Positions 47,321-58,509 of a stretch of DNA of 64,000 nucleotides are shown in pieces. Both the position numbers and the translations under genes were made by a program. Position 1 is the stretch's first letter; each line of letters begins with the position of its first letter. The notes under the pieces were generated by a model, which was given only the letters and a program-made list of their open reading frames with translations, had not been told where the DNA came from and did no database searches. Origin of the DNA: an uncultured Candidatus Saccharibacteria bacterium (GTDB lineage: Bacteria > Patescibacteriota > Minisyncoccia > Phycocordibacterales > JAACPR01); NCBI GenBank assembly GCA_964538855.1, contig CAZIEY010000002.1, positions 1,709-65,708 on the forward strand, read 5' to 3'.

Positions 47321-47350
47321 AATGGGGAATACTTTACCATAACCCGATTT

Positions 47351-48523
47351 TTATTTCAAGCTTTTGAGATGTGTAACGAGTTCTGGGATCGGAATGCTCT
47401 GTTGGAAGCGACCTTGGGAATCTTTGACGATCACGCTCTTATCGATAGCTTCTTTATGACCAATAATGAGCATAAATTTAGATTTTACTTTGGCAGCATA
47501 TTGAAGTTGCGAAGAAAGTTTGTCTCGTACAATACGATGCTTGACTTGAATGCCTTCTTTGTGAAGTAATTCAAGGACACTGAGCGCAACAACTTTAGCG
47601 CGATCTCCAACTTGAATAAGGAAGAAGTCATTTTCGTTTTTCCCATTGAGACTTTTTTCGGTAACCGTTTTATTTTTTTGAAGCCACACGTTTGCACTCA
47701 TCGCAGAGATTTCGCGTCGTGCACCAAGTTTTTTTGCGAGCATGTTGTAACGAGAACCAGCAGCGAGGACTTTTCTCGTATCGGTATCAACGATGTGGAA
47801 AGTGGTATGGGTAGAATAATTAGGATCTCCGAGAATGCTTGAATTGATTTCGTACGGCATATCAAAAGATTCCAAATATTCAATAATTTCTTTGAATTTT
47901 GCACGACCTTCTTCATTCAAAAAGTCCATCGGTTCCGGTGCGTGCTCTTTTAAAATCTTGCAATTATCGCCACCTTGGGTAATCAAGGTGTGTAGACCAT
48001 CTTTGAAATATTGTCGGCATGTTGCGTTCAAGAGACTGATATTTTTGCGGAAAAACCCTGTGGCCTCGCGATTAAATTGTGTTTGAGTTTCCTTGCCTCC
48101 CATGTTGTTGATGAGGAGGGTAATATTATCTGATCCATCTTCTCGCAAAATTGTTTGGATAGTTTTAATCATTAGTGCATCCGCGATGCTTTTTTCAGCC
48201 CCTAAAATGTGAAGACTGATTTGTTCTTCGCCTGGTCGCTTGCGCAATTTATCGTGATCACCAACAGCTGGCCCATCGAAATATCGGAAAACAGGTGCAG
48301 AGCCAGTTTCTTTTTCGCTATCCCTATATTCGATAACGAGTTGACCAACCTCTTCCATTGCTGGCATGTATTCATCGAGATATTTTTTCTCTTTTTTGTG
48401 CTCAGCGCATAGCTTGATAGTTTCGCTTGTAACATGGAGCTTTGATTCCAAAGTAAAGCCAAAATGCTTGGCTACCGTAGCCGCCTTTAGAAAGCTTGTG
48501 TTTTTGGTTTTTTTTGTTGTCAT
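47351..48523 (-). CDS. Degenerate histidyl-tRNA synthetase-like protein
   Basis: YSTHTTF / AAGSRYN remnants of HisRS motifs; C-terminal anticodon-binding domain LSSQLQYAAK...IIG..E. Confidence 0.65.
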   Translation of the reverse strand: MTTKKTKNTSFLKAATVAKHFGFTLESKLHVTSETIKLCAEHKKEKKYLDEYMPAMEEVGQLVIEYRDSEKETGSAPVFRYFDGPAVGDHDKLRKRPGEEQISLHILGAEKSIADALMIKTIQTILREDGSDNITLLINNMGGKETQTQFNREATGFFRKNISLLNATCRQYFKDGLHTLITQGGDNCKILKEHAPEPMDFLNEEGRAKFKEIIEYLESFDMPYEINSSILGDPNYSTHTTFHIVDTDTRKVLAAGSRYNMLAKKLGARREISAMSANVWLQKNKTVTEKSLNGKNENDFFLIQVGDRAKVVALSVLELLHKEGIQVKHRIVRDKLSSQLQYAAKVKSKFMLIIGHKEAIDKSVIVKDSQGRFQQSIPIPELVTHLKSLK

Positions 48524-48525
48524 GT

Positions 48526-49107
48526 TTATAAGTTAAGTTTACCCGGCAAATAATCGATAGTGCTCAAGGGGAGTAGTCGTACAAATGCTCGACCGATGAT
48601 TGTATCTTTTTTAATTGGTCCAAAATATCTCGAGTCGAGGCTGTTTTTGCGATTATCACCCATCACAAAGAGTTCGTCAGGTAATAGTGTCCATTCCGCG
48701 GTAAAACTGAAATCCTTGGTGATGTTTTGTTCGTCGAGTTTTTCAAATTCATTTGCTCCGACTTTTTTGATGAAAATTTCGTTACTTACAATTTTCACTG
48801 TTTCGCCAGGCAATCCGATGATGCGCTTGATGAAAAATTTCGAAGTGTCGCCTGCGTAACGGAAGATGACAACGTCTCCACGGGTTGGATTGTTGAACTT
48901 GTACGAAAGCTGATCAACGATAATGTATTGTCCGTCTGTAAAAGTCGGATCCATCGAAGCCCCACTCACAATGAATGGTTGAGCGACAAAGTAGCGGATA
49001 GGGAGCACCACAAAGACGATGAGTAAAACAAAATGCCATAGGTCGCGCATCGACCATTTTGTTCCTTGTTTTACTTCGTTTTCTGAGGTGGAGTTGGTTG
49101 TTTCCAT
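48526..49107 (-). CDS. lepB: Signal peptidase I
   Basis: SGASMDPT, IKRIIGLPG, GDNRKNSLDSR. Confidence 0.95.
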   Translation of the reverse strand: METTNSTSENEVKQGTKWSMRDLWHFVLLIVFVVLPIRYFVAQPFIVSGASMDPTFTDGQYIIVDQLSYKFNNPTRGDVVIFRYAGDTSKFFIKRIIGLPGETVKIVSNEIFIKKVGANEFEKLDEQNITKDFSFTAEWTLLPDELFVMGDNRKNSLDSRYFGPIKKDTIIGRAFVRLLPLSTIDYLPGKLNL

Positions 49108-49191
49108 AAACTTTTGCCTATTTTACTATATAATGGTGTTTGAAACAAATTTATAAGAAAACGACGCCTCGAGCGTATCACAACAGAAACA

Positions 49192-49779
49192 ATGTATTAC
49201 ATCATCGGTTTAGGAAATCCAGACGCAGAATATGAAGGCTCACGACACAATATTGGTCGTGACATTGTGCAAAAGCTCGCTAAAAAAATCGGCGCGGACG
49301 ATTTTGAATTTAATAAAAAAATAAATGCACAGGTGAGCGAGGGAAAAATCGGTAAAGAAAAAGTCATGATGATTTTGCCTGACACGTATATGAATAAATC
49401 AGGTAACGCATTAAAGTCAATTATCACAAGTGCAAAGAAAGCCGAGTCAATGATGGTTGTGTACGACGATTTAGATTTACCCATCGGCGGAATGAAAATC
49501 AGTTTCAATAAAAGTGACGGCGGACATCGCGGCGTGATGTCTATTATTAAGGCAGTGAAAACTCAAGCCTTCCCACGTTTGCGCATCGGTATTTCTCCTG
49601 CAACAGCGTCTGGTAAATTGAAAAAACCTCATGGGGAAGAGGACGTGGTTAAACATGTGCTCGGCAAATTCAGCCCAAAAGAACAAGAAGCTCTCAAAAA
49701 AGTTATCAAAGACTCAGTCGAAGCATTGTCGGTGTCAGTGACTGACGGATATTTGATTGCATCGAATCGATTTAATTAA
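49192..49779 (+). CDS. pth: Peptidyl-tRNA hydrolase
   Basis: GLGNP..Y..SRHNIG, YMNKSG, GGHRG, RLRIGI. Confidence 0.95.
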   Translation: MYYIIGLGNPDAEYEGSRHNIGRDIVQKLAKKIGADDFEFNKKINAQVSEGKIGKEKVMMILPDTYMNKSGNALKSIITSAKKAESMMVVYDDLDLPIGGMKISFNKSDGGHRGVMSIIKAVKTQAFPRLRIGISPATASGKLKKPHGEEDVVKHVLGKFSPKEQEALKKVIKDSVEALSVSVTDGYLIASNRFN

Positions 49780-49797
49780 TATAATAATAAAAATAAT

Positions 49798-50679
49798 ATG
49801 GAAAACCAAGAAAATCCGAATAGTATGCCACCGGTTGGTGGTCAACCAGAAGGGATAGAAGGAATGGAGTCCGCCGAATATTTGCGTGCCACATATTATT
49901 TTGCAGAGCTTATTCACACGATTGATCGTGGGGGTATTACTGTTACAATGTCGGAGATTCCAACTTCAATTGATGCTCAGAGAAGTGCGAATCAGGCATA
50001 TTGGAGACCAAACAATGAAAAACTTTTATTACCTAATCAAATAAATGTTGTTGATTCGTATATTCTAAAGATGGGAATTACTATGTACGATGACAGTCCA
50101 AAAAACTATGCATTGGACCCTCAAAATCCTAATCCGGATAAAATCAAGTATATCGGGGTCTTCACACCATGGAGGATTACACAAGGTGCAGAACCAAAAA
50201 TAGAGGTTTGTTTTCATCTCGAACAACTTCAAAAATGCATACACAATCAAAATCATGAGCCAGAGAAGCGATGCGTGGATCTTCTAGATAAGATAATGAA
50301 ATTACTTTCCGAAGAGAGTAGGCGTATTTCAGCTGCCGTTGAGAATCCTGTTGCGGTAAATCGTGAATCGTTGATTACTAAAATACGAAAAGAAATGGAG
50401 GTGCTGGTGCAGGCTATAGAAGCGGCTGAAGTTCCTGAAGATGATATGCCAAGATTTATAGAAATAAAACGCAGCTTTTTTCGAGCACAGTTACCAGTTT
50501 ACAAGATGTTAGGGGTTATGTGGAATAATGGATTTTTGACTAATGCAGAATATGAAGGGTTTACTAATGAGCTCACAACTATTAAAGACCTTGCAAGAGC
50601 GAAGTATTCCGAAGACAGAATTGATGCATATATCGAAGAACAGAAACACAAAGAAAAGAAACAGCAATCACCTCAATAA
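49798..50679 (+). CDS. Hypothetical protein
   Basis: 293-aa ORF, no recognised motif. Confidence 0.65.
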   Translation: MENQENPNSMPPVGGQPEGIEGMESAEYLRATYYFAELIHTIDRGGITVTMSEIPTSIDAQRSANQAYWRPNNEKLLLPNQINVVDSYILKMGITMYDDSPKNYALDPQNPNPDKIKYIGVFTPWRITQGAEPKIEVCFHLEQLQKCIHNQNHEPEKRCVDLLDKIMKLLSEESRRISAAVENPVAVNRESLITKIRKEMEVLVQAIEAAEVPEDDMPRFIEIKRSFFRAQLPVYKMLGVMWNNGFLTNAEYEGFTNELTTIKDLARAKYSEDRIDAYIEEQKHKEKKQQSPQ

Positions 50680-50689
50680 TTTCAGATTA

Positions 50690-50809
50690 AAAATAAACTA
50701 AAACCCTAATTTTAAAAGTCTGGTTGAGCATCAACACAAAACGCACATTCATTGTTGAATGTGCGTGATGCGACCCGAGGACTTTAAAATTAGGGTTTTA
50801 GTTTATTTT
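50690..50809. repeat. Family-B structured element, copy 2 (3' of rpsA)
   Basis: Perfect 27-bp inverted arms; same core as 44004-44127. Confidence 0.8.
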
Positions 50810-51901
50810 GGTCGTAAGCGTCATCTTCTGATCCTTTGCATCAAACAAAGTGATTTTGAATTGATATGTCTTACCGAGTTCCATTTTTTCCTTCAATTCG
50901 GCTGGAGTTCCAAATTCAGAGATATGTACCAATCCGGCCACACCTTCTTCGATTGAAACGAGCGCGCCGTGTTTGTTGTGCTTGATAACAACACCTTTGA
51001 GCACGTCGCCTTTTTTGTATTTCTTGCCAGCTTCAGTCCAAGGATTTTCCTTGAGAGCTTTGATAGAAAGAGAAATCTTGTCGTTTTTAACTTCGATAAC
51101 CTGTACTTTGACTTTGTCGCCGACAGAGTAGTGTTGTCGAGGATCTTCCACGAGTGACCAGTCGATTTCAGAGATGTGCACAAGACCTTCGAGGTTCTGT
51201 GCAACTTTCACAAAGATACCGAAATCAACGACTCCTGTAACATCACCATCGAGAATATCACCAACTGTGTATTTCCCAATTGGTTTTGATTCAGCAGATT
51301 TTGAAGTGCTTTCGCCACCAGAATTTTTCTCTGAGAAAATCAATTTGCCGTCCTCTGGAGTAGCCCCGATAACAGACACTGCCAATTCCTTGCCGATTAA
51401 TTTTTTAAGTTCTTCCAAGATTCGGTTCTTATCACCGTCAGTTACGCGAGGGTAGTGATCAGCATTCAATTGTGAAGCTGGCAAAAATCCTTGCAAACCT
51501 TGCCATGACATAATCAAACCACCCTTGTTTGCGTCGGTCACAGTCACACCAACGATTTTCTTTGACTTAATTGCGTCTTCGACTTCGCCCCAGATCAAAG
51601 CCTGTCGAGCTTCCTTGAGAGAAAGTTCGATGTAACCGTCGGCATTTCGAATGTCGACTACTTTTGCTTTGATTGTGTCACCAACGCGAATTTTTCGAAT
51701 CACGTCGCGAGACATAATGTATTCTCGACCGAAAATAATTCCAGTTCCGAATGGTGGCAAGTTTACAAACACAGCTGCTTTACCGAGTCCAATCACAAGA
51801 CCTTCAACCATATCTCCCTCTACTGGGGGATTAGTCAAATTGGTCACTACCTTTTTCATCGCTGCACTTCCTCCTACCATCTCTATCAAATCGTTTGTCA
51901 T
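50798..51901 (-). CDS. rpsA: 30S ribosomal protein S1 (four S1 domains)
   Basis: Repeated S1 motifs: GFLPASQ, FGIFV...EGLVHISEI, GLVHISE. Confidence 0.9.
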   Translation of the reverse strand: MTNDLIEMVGGSAAMKKVVTNLTNPPVEGDMVEGLVIGLGKAAVFVNLPPFGTGIIFGREYIMSRDVIRKIRVGDTIKAKVVDIRNADGYIELSLKEARQALIWGEVEDAIKSKKIVGVTVTDANKGGLIMSWQGLQGFLPASQLNADHYPRVTDGDKNRILEELKKLIGKELAVSVIGATPEDGKLIFSEKNSGGESTSKSAESKPIGKYTVGDILDGDVTGVVDFGIFVKVAQNLEGLVHISEIDWSLVEDPRQHYSVGDKVKVQVIEVKNDKISLSIKALKENPWTEAGKKYKKGDVLKGVVIKHNKHGALVSIEEGVAGLVHISEFGTPAELKEKMELGKTYQFKITLFDAKDQKMTLTTKIN

Positions 51902-52114
51902 TGTAATTTTGAAGCTGACTAATTCTGTGTGCGAAACTATCGGGACAAAACACAGGGTTATTAGCGCGCTTGGGTTTTATTAATAAAGTACAATACGGGG
52001 CATTATACATGGGTTTGAGGGGGTTTTCTAGCTTGACAATACGATTATGATATGATTCTATTAATAACTAAGGATGTGTCGCATTAAGCGATATTTCCAA
52101 AACTAGGAGCTCTT

Positions 52115-52369
52115 GTGAAATGTGTCGCCACATTGTTGATAATCTTTTGCTGTTTTAACGCTGATGCCAAATGGGGCGGTGTCAGCGAAAAAGCACGCGA
52201 GGAGAGAAAAGCGAGGATTGCTGCTGAGGAACGAAAGGTATTTTATGCAAAAGTTCGTTCTCAAGTCCCAATCTTCATTGGAAAGGCTCTTTGGGTCATT
52301 CCGTTGGGGGCACTCGTGGCTTTTTCACTCTATGGGTGCTGGGTCACCATGCGTAACCGATCTCCTTAG
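52115..52369 (+). CDS. Small secreted or membrane hypothetical protein (SD-led islet)
   Basis: TTGACA at 52033, AGGAG SD, signal peptide plus TM, terminator ~52401-52431. Confidence 0.55.
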   Translation: MKCVATLLIIFCCFNADAKWGGVSEKAREERKARIAAEERKVFYAKVRSQVPIFIGKALWVIPLGALVAFSLYGCWVTMRNRSP

Positions 52370-52469
52370 GGGGGTATGCGGGCTCAGCCTGGGATTTAAC
52401 AGTTGGTCGCCACAACGGGACCAACTTTTTTAATTGCTAAAAAAATAAAAACCGCATATAATTCTCTTC

Positions 52470-53102
52470 ATGATAATCACATCCCAAGGACTCGAGTGTA
52501 TTAAAATTCAGCACGGTGACACCACAGTCGCATTTAATCCACCTTCAAAAAAATCGAAACACAGCGGAACTTCTTTTGGTGCAGATGTTGTACTTATCAC
52601 TGCAAATCACCCAGATTTGAACGGCGCGGAAATGGCTTCACGAAATGACAAAGAGGCATTCGTGGTCAAGGGACCGGGCGAATACGAATCAGCGGGACTT
52701 TTTATACGCGGATATTCTTCAAAAACAAATTATGGTGGACAAGAGCGAATCAATACTATATATACAGTCACTATTGATGGCATCAACGTGGCATTTCTCG
52801 GAGCGCTCGATCAAACCGAATTGGAACCAGAAGCAAAAGAGGCACTCGGCGAATCTGACGTGTTATTTGTGCCAATTGGCGGCGACGGAGTTCTAAGTGC
52901 TTCGGCTGCATATGAAATGGCGTTTAAACGCGAGCCAGCCATTATTATTCCGATTCACTACGGCGTGGTCGGTGAGAAAGATGCTCTCAAGGAATTTTTG
53001 AAAGAGGCTGGTGTGTCGAATTTAAAACCTGTCGACAAATTGACACTCAAGAAAAAAGATTTGGAAGGAAAGAAAGGAGAGATTGTGGTGATTTCGGCTT
53101 AG
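52470..53102 (+). CDS. MBL-fold protein (Lactamase_B_3-like)
   Basis: GPGEYE, DVLFVPIGG, IIIPIHY. Confidence 0.8.
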   Translation: MIITSQGLECIKIQHGDTTVAFNPPSKKSKHSGTSFGADVVLITANHPDLNGAEMASRNDKEAFVVKGPGEYESAGLFIRGYSSKTNYGGQERINTIYTVTIDGINVAFLGALDQTELEPEAKEALGESDVLFVPIGGDGVLSASAAYEMAFKREPAIIIPIHYGVVGEKDALKEFLKEAGVSNLKPVDKLTLKKKDLEGKKGEIVVISA

Positions 53103-53125
53103 ATAATATTAACTTTACAATCAAG

Positions 53126-53344
53126 ATGCTTTCACGTTGGCTTGAAAAAACTCGACAAAAATCTGACGAAGAAAAGCGATTTGTGGCACTCGTGATTTCT
53201 TTTGTTATTACTGCTTTTATTTTCGCTGGTTGGCTATTTTTCATTACAAACACATATAGCAATAGTAAGGAAAGTGTTGCATCACGTTCAACTGCTTCAC
53301 CGATTCAGTCTGTGAAAAATATCTTTAAAAACTTGGTGGAATAA
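53126..53344 (+). CDS. Small single-TM hypothetical protein
   Basis: TM helix. Confidence 0.6.
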   Translation: MLSRWLEKTRQKSDEEKRFVALVISFVITAFIFAGWLFFITNTYSNSKESVASRSTASPIQSVKNIFKNLVE

Positions 53345-53378
53345 AAAAGTGATTTGTGATATAATACCCAAATAATTT

Positions 53379-55841
53379 ATGGCAAAAGACGATCAAAAAC
53401 CACAAACTCACGAGGAAATCCACGGCAAAATGATCGCAGCACCGGTGACTGTCGAGATGAAGAAATCGTATCTGGACTATTCGATGTCTGTGATTACAGA
53501 CCGTGCTTTATCGGATGTGCGTGATGGTTTAAAACCTGTGCACCGTCGAATTTTGTATTCGATGTTCAAAACTGGTCTTGTTCCAACAGCGCGATTTAAA
53601 AAATCCGCGACAGTAGTCGGAGATGTGCTCGGTAACTATCACCCTCATGGTGACATGTCAGTGTATGATGCGATGGTTAAAATGGCACAGCCGTTTGTGA
53701 TGCGCTATCCGCTCGTACTTGGCCAAGGTAACTTCGGTTCTATCGACGGTGACAACGCTGCGGCGTATCGTTACACCGAATCAAAAATGAGCAAGCTCGC
53801 TGCTGAATTTTTGCTTGATATCGACAAAGAGACCGTTGATTTCAGACCAAACTTCGACGCAACGAAAAAAGAACCAGTTGTTTTGCCTTCGACTGTGCCG
53901 AATTTGCTTTTGAATGGAACACTCGGAATCGCGGTTGGTATGGCATCAAATATCCCTCCGCACAACTTGCGCGAAATTGTCGACGCGACTATTTATATGG
54001 CCGACAATCCAAAAGCAACGACCGAAGACCTTCTTCAATTTGTGAAAGGTCCTGATTTTCCAACAGGCGGCGTCATTTTTAATCAAACTGATATTCGCAC
54101 TGCATATGCGACGGGGCGTGGTGGTGTCGTCTGTCGCGGTGAGGCTGAAATTGTCGAAGAAAAATCTGGTGCAAGCCAGATTATCATCACTTCGATTCCG
54201 TATCGTGTGAACAAAGCCGAAATGATTTCAAAAATCGCTGAATTGCACCGCGATAAAAAAATTGAGGGAATTAAGGGGCTTCGTGACGAATCAACCGAAG
54301 ACATTCGCGTAGTTATTGATATTAAATCATCAGCACACCCACAGAACGTTTTGAATTTTATCTACAAACACACTCAGCTCGAGGAAACTTTCCATTACAA
54401 TATGGTCGCTCTCGTCGATGGTGTTCCTCAAACTTTGTCGCTTCGAAATATTTTGGAAGAATTTTTGAAACACCGTGTAGAGGTAGTGACTCGTCGAACC
54501 AAATTTGAATTGAAAAAAGCTGAGGCTCGCGAACATATTTTGCTTGGTTTGAAAAAAGCACTCGATCACATCGACGAAATCATTAAATTGATCAAGGCTT
54601 CGAAAGACACTCCGACTGCGCACGAAAATTTGATGAAGAAGTTCAAATTTAGCGCGATCCAGGCCACTGCGATTTTGGAAATGAAGTTGCAAAAATTGGC
54701 TGGTCTCGAACGTAAGAAAATCGAAGATGAATTGGCTGCGGTGCAGGCGCTCATCGCTGACCTACGGGCGCTTCTTGCAAGCAAGACAAAAATTCTCGCA
54801 CTCATCAAAACAGAATTAAAAGTAATTTCTGAAAAATATGGTGACGATCGTATGACCAAGGTTTTGAAACACGGCGTGAAAAATATCTCTCTCGAAGATT
54901 TAATCCCTGACGAAACCAGCGTGTTGGTTTTGACAAAAGGCGGCTACATTAAACGCACAAATCCAGACGAATTCCGCCAGCAAAAACGGGGTGGTGTGGG
55001 TGTCATTGATATGGACACAAAAGACGAGGACTTCGTGCAGATTTTCTTGAATGCAAATACTCATGCCGATCTTCTTTTCTTCACCGACTACGGTCGTGTG
55101 TATCAAATGAAAATGTACGAAATTCCAGAAGGAAAACGTTCAACAAAAGGGAAATCAATAATGAACTTCCTCACCCTCGCAGCTGACGAACAGATTACAT
55201 CTATTTTGCCAATGCCGAAAAATGTAAAGTCCGGTGAATTTGCGGTCATGATGGTGACACGTGATGGTGTTGCAAAAAAAGTAGAAGCAGAGAATTTCCA
55301 TGACGTGCGCAAGAGCGGAATCATCGCAATTAAATTAAACGACGATGATCGACTTGTGTCTGCTTCGTTCGTCTCAAAAAATGACCAAACGATTGTGGTC
55401 ACTTCGGGTGGGCAATCAATTCGTTTCAAGTCTTCTGACATTCGCGAAATGGGACGCAACGCTGCGGGTGTTCGTGCGATGAAACTTGGCAAAGGTGACG
55501 TTATCATTAGCGCACTTCCAGTATATAAAACAGAAGGAAAACAGGACTTGCTCGTCTTTTCTGAAAATGGATACGGAAAACAAACTCCGCTTGATGAATA
55601 CAAAGTTCAAAACCGCGGCGGATCTGGCATTAAGACTGCAAAAGTCACACCGAAAATCGGAAAAATCATGTCTGCCGCCGTTGTTACAAGCGAAACTCAC
55701 GAAGTGGTTGCGATGTCTCAAAAGGGTCAAGTCATTCGCATCAATGTCGAAGAAATTCCAGAACTTGGTCGTCAAACCCAGGGTGTGCGTGTGATGAAAT
55801 TACGTGATGGTGATAAGATTGCTTCTCTTGTCTGTCTCTAG
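53379..55841 (+). CDS. gyrA: DNA gyrase subunit A
   Basis: [22 protein letters not shown], GyrA-box QKRGGVG. Confidence 0.97.
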   Translation: MAKDDQKPQTHEEIHGKMIAAPVTVEMKKSYLDYSMSVITDRALSDVRDGLKPVHRRILYSMFKTGLVPTARFKKSATVVGDVLGNYHPHGDMSVYDAMVKMAQPFVMRYPLVLGQGNFGSIDGDNAAAYRYTESKMSKLAAEFLLDIDKETVDFRPNFDATKKEPVVLPSTVPNLLLNGTLGIAVGMASNIPPHNLREIVDATIYMADNPKATTEDLLQFVKGPDFPTGGVIFNQTDIRTAYATGRGGVVCRGEAEIVEEKSGASQIIITSIPYRVNKAEMISKIAELHRDKKIEGIKGLRDESTEDIRVVIDIKSSAHPQNVLNFIYKHTQLEETFHYNMVALVDGVPQTLSLRNILEEFLKHRVEVVTRRTKFELKKAEAREHILLGLKKALDHIDEIIKLIKASKDTPTAHENLMKKFKFSAIQATAILEMKLQKLAGLERKKIEDELAAVQALIADLRALLASKTKILALIKTELKVISEKYGDDRMTKVLKHGVKNISLEDLIPDETSVLVLTKGGYIKRTNPDEFRQQKRGGVGVIDMDTKDEDFVQIFLNANTHADLLFFTDYGRVYQMKMYEIPEGKRSTKGKSIMNFLTLAADEQITSILPMPKNVKSGEFAVMMVTRDGVAKKVEAENFHDVRKSGIIAIKLNDDDRLVSASFVSKNDQTIVVTSGGQSIRFKSSDIREMGRNAAGVRAMKLGKGDVIISALPVYKTEGKQDLLVFSENGYGKQTPLDEYKVQNRGGSGIKTAKVTPKIGKIMSAAVVTSETHEVVAMSQKGQVIRINVEEIPELGRQTQGVRVMKLRDGDKIASLVCL

Positions 55842-55857
55842 GGTATAATTCGGGTAC

Positions 55858-56385
55858 ATGTTTGTAACACCCGAAGACATAATTTCACAATTTCACATTG
55901 ATCCTGGCATGTCTGTCGCAGACCTCGGTTCGGGCGCGGGATTTTACAGTATCTTATGCGCAAAAACAGTCGGACCAAGCGGTCGTGTGTATGCTGTTGA
56001 TGTTCAAAAGGATCTTCTACAAAAGATTCAGGCAGAAGCTTCTGCGCAGGGTGTGCACAATATTAAATTGGTATGGGGTGATTTGGATCACAAAAATGGC
56101 ACTACTCTCGGCGACGTTTCTGTTGATCGAGTTTTGATTATCAACACTCTTTTTCAAATCGAAAACCGTGATGAAATGATTACCGAGGCGTGTCGCATTT
56201 TAAAACCGAAAGGGAAATTACTCTTCGTTGATTGGACTGATTCGTATGGCGGTATGGGTCCTCAATCAAAAGATATTATCAAGTACGATGTAGCTCGAAC
56301 TATGTTTGAGCACGATGGGTTTGAATTTGATCGAGATCTGAACGCAGGAGATCATCATTACGGAATTGTCTTTAAAAAATCATGA
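55858..56385 (+). CDS. Class I SAM-dependent methyltransferase
   Basis: VADLGSGAG; RILKPKG. Confidence 0.88.
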   Translation: MFVTPEDIISQFHIDPGMSVADLGSGAGFYSILCAKTVGPSGRVYAVDVQKDLLQKIQAEASAQGVHNIKLVWGDLDHKNGTTLGDVSVDRVLIINTLFQIENRDEMITEACRILKPKGKLLFVDWTDSYGGMGPQSKDIIKYDVARTMFEHDGFEFDRDLNAGDHHYGIVFKKS

Positions 56386-57701
56386 AAGAAAAATTATCAA
56401 CATTTCAAATTATTTTATTCGTAGTCCTCGGTTTCGCGATACTCATCGGAGTGCTGGTGTTTTCTTTTCAGCGTAGCAAGAGCGGGAATCAGACCGTGAA
56501 TGTGACTATGTGGGGTATGGTGCCGAATGAGATTATTATCACTTTGACTGATAAAATGAATGAGGCACATCGCGATTCAATTAATTTAACTTACACTCAA
56601 ATCCCACCTACAGAATTCGAATCGAAATTAGTCGAAGCGCTTGCGTCTGGAACTGGGCCAGACTTGGTGGTCTTTAATAATGATTTACTCGTGAAGCACG
56701 AAAACAAGCTCGCAAATATTACTTATGATTTTTATCCTCAGAAAACTTTCAAGGACACGTTTATTGGGGCCGGAGACATTTTGCTCAAAACTGATGGTAT
56801 TTCGGGCTTACCGTGGATAGTCGATCCGCTCGTGATGTATTATAATCGCACTATTTTGAATAATGAGGGTATCGCAGTGCCACCGAAATATTGGGATGAA
56901 TTTTTAGCGCTCGTACCGGCTCTTGTGAAGAAGGATTCTACGTTTAACTTGTCTCGTTCGGCGGTTTCTTTCGGAGAATTCCGCAATGTAAAGAACGCTC
57001 GCGAGATTTTTGCTACACTCGTTATGCAGGCGGGAAATCCAATCATTAGTCGAAATTTTTCACCAGCTGACACATTCGAACGAACGGCATTCATTTCTAC
57101 TTTCTCTGATCGTCTCGGTTTTAGTTTAGTTCCAGCCGAAGCAGCCCTTGCGTTCTTTACTCAATTTTCAAATCCGTCTAAAACTTCGTACTCGTGGAAT
57201 CGTGCTCTGCCAAATTCTGAAGATATGTTTTTGTTAGGTGACCTCGCATTTTATTTTGGTCGAGCAAGCGAATACGAGACGCTTCAACGCAAAAATCCAA
57301 ACCTGAATTTCGACGTTGCGATGATGCCGCAATCTCGTTCTACCGATCAGAAAACTGTTTACGCAGATTTGAGCTTTATTGGCCTTATTAAAAACTCTCC
57401 TAATTTACAAGCTGCATTTAATGCTGCGTTTCTTTTAACTAATTCTGAAAATATTAAAATCTTTTCTGATATAAGTAATTTGCCGCCAGTCCGTCGCGAT
57501 CTCTTGGTCAGTAGAAATGATAATGCAGCACTTCAAACCTTCTATTCTTCGGCCTTGATCGCACAACCGTTTGTTGACCCTAGTGTCGCAGATACCACTC
57601 GAATTCTCACTGATATGGTAGAATCAGTGGTATCAGGTCGCACAGGCGAGTCAGAATCAGTTCTACGCGCTGGTAGCGAATTGAAAAATTACTTGAAATA
57701 A
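56382..57701 (+). CDS. Membrane-anchored extracellular solute-binding protein (sugar-binding family)
   Basis: N-terminal TM; ALASGTGPDLV, MYYNR, PKYWDEF. Confidence 0.8.
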   Translation: MKEKLSTFQIILFVVLGFAILIGVLVFSFQRSKSGNQTVNVTMWGMVPNEIIITLTDKMNEAHRDSINLTYTQIPPTEFESKLVEALASGTGPDLVVFNNDLLVKHENKLANITYDFYPQKTFKDTFIGAGDILLKTDGISGLPWIVDPLVMYYNRTILNNEGIAVPPKYWDEFLALVPALVKKDSTFNLSRSAVSFGEFRNVKNAREIFATLVMQAGNPIISRNFSPADTFERTAFISTFSDRLGFSLVPAEAALAFFTQFSNPSKTSYSWNRALPNSEDMFLLGDLAFYFGRASEYETLQRKNPNLNFDVAMMPQSRSTDQKTVYADLSFIGLIKNSPNLQAAFNAAFLLTNSENIKIFSDISNLPPVRRDLLVSRNDNAALQTFYSSALIAQPFVDPSVADTTRILTDMVESVVSGRTGESESVLRAGSELKNYLK

Positions 57702-57703
57702 TT

Positions 57704-58111
57704 ATGAAAACTTCTCACAAATTATCCCTGGTCCTCGTGAATATCTTTTTCTTTATATTTTTACTTTCTCCTCTCGTGCTACAAGCATCAACTACTTTAC
57801 CCGAAGATTGCCGGGGGCTAGTTTGCTGCTCAGACCCATCAGATTGCGATTTTGATGCTTTGATTTACACTATCGGCCATATCATTAGAAAGGTTCTAGA
57901 GATTGCTTTTGTATTTATCGCAGTAATGTTTGCGTACGCAGGGTTTAAATACATGACTTCTCAGGGTGATACGGGGCAAATCAAGGCGGCGCATGACATG
58001 TTTAGAAATGCTGCGGTGGGGATGATTATTACTTTGTGCTCGTTTTTAATTATAGAATTGATTACATCGACATTAGGTTTGGATGAATCAATTATTAAGT
58101 TGGTAAAGTAA
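57704..58111 (+). CDS. VirB2/TrbC-like pilin 1
   Basis: Signal peptide plus TM-(YAGFKYMTSQGD...AH..F.NA..G)-TM. Confidence 0.75.
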   Translation: MKTSHKLSLVLVNIFFFIFLLSPLVLQASTTLPEDCRGLVCCSDPSDCDFDALIYTIGHIIRKVLEIAFVFIAVMFAYAGFKYMTSQGDTGQIKAAHDMFRNAAVGMIITLCSFLIIELITSTLGLDESIIKLVK

Positions 58112-58113
58112 AT

Positions 58114-58500
58114 ATGAAAATCAAAACACTACGAGACAAGTTCAATAATATTGCAGCGCTATTGGTCTGTTTCCTTGCTCCCTCAGTAGCCGGCGCCAGC
58201 GAATCAGGAGGATTTGTTTTTAAAAACCCCATCTCAAAAGGAGATGATATTTATGTGTTAATCAAATCTCTTCTCGACGTTGTGGTAAAAGTTGGTACTT
58301 ACATCGTCATTGTAATGGTGATATATTCCGGATTTCTATTCGTCAAAGCGCAGGGTAACGAGAGCGCAATTAGCGAGGCTAAAAGTACTTTCTTCTGGAC
58401 GGTTATTGGCGGTGTTGTCCTCATCGGAGCAAAAGTCCTCGCGGGAGTTGTATGTAATACCGCCGTTGGTCTCGGTGCCGCGGTAAATTGTAGTATATAA
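58114..58500 (+). CDS. VirB2/TrbC-like pilin 2
   Basis: F.NP; YSGFLFVKAQGN...AK..F.WTVIG. Confidence 0.75.
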   Translation: MKIKTLRDKFNNIAALLVCFLAPSVAGASESGGFVFKNPISKGDDIYVLIKSLLDVVVKVGTYIVIVMVIYSGFLFVKAQGNESAISEAKSTFFWTVIGGVVLIGAKVLAGVVCNTAVGLGAAVNCSI

Positions 58501-58509
58501 TATAAAAAC

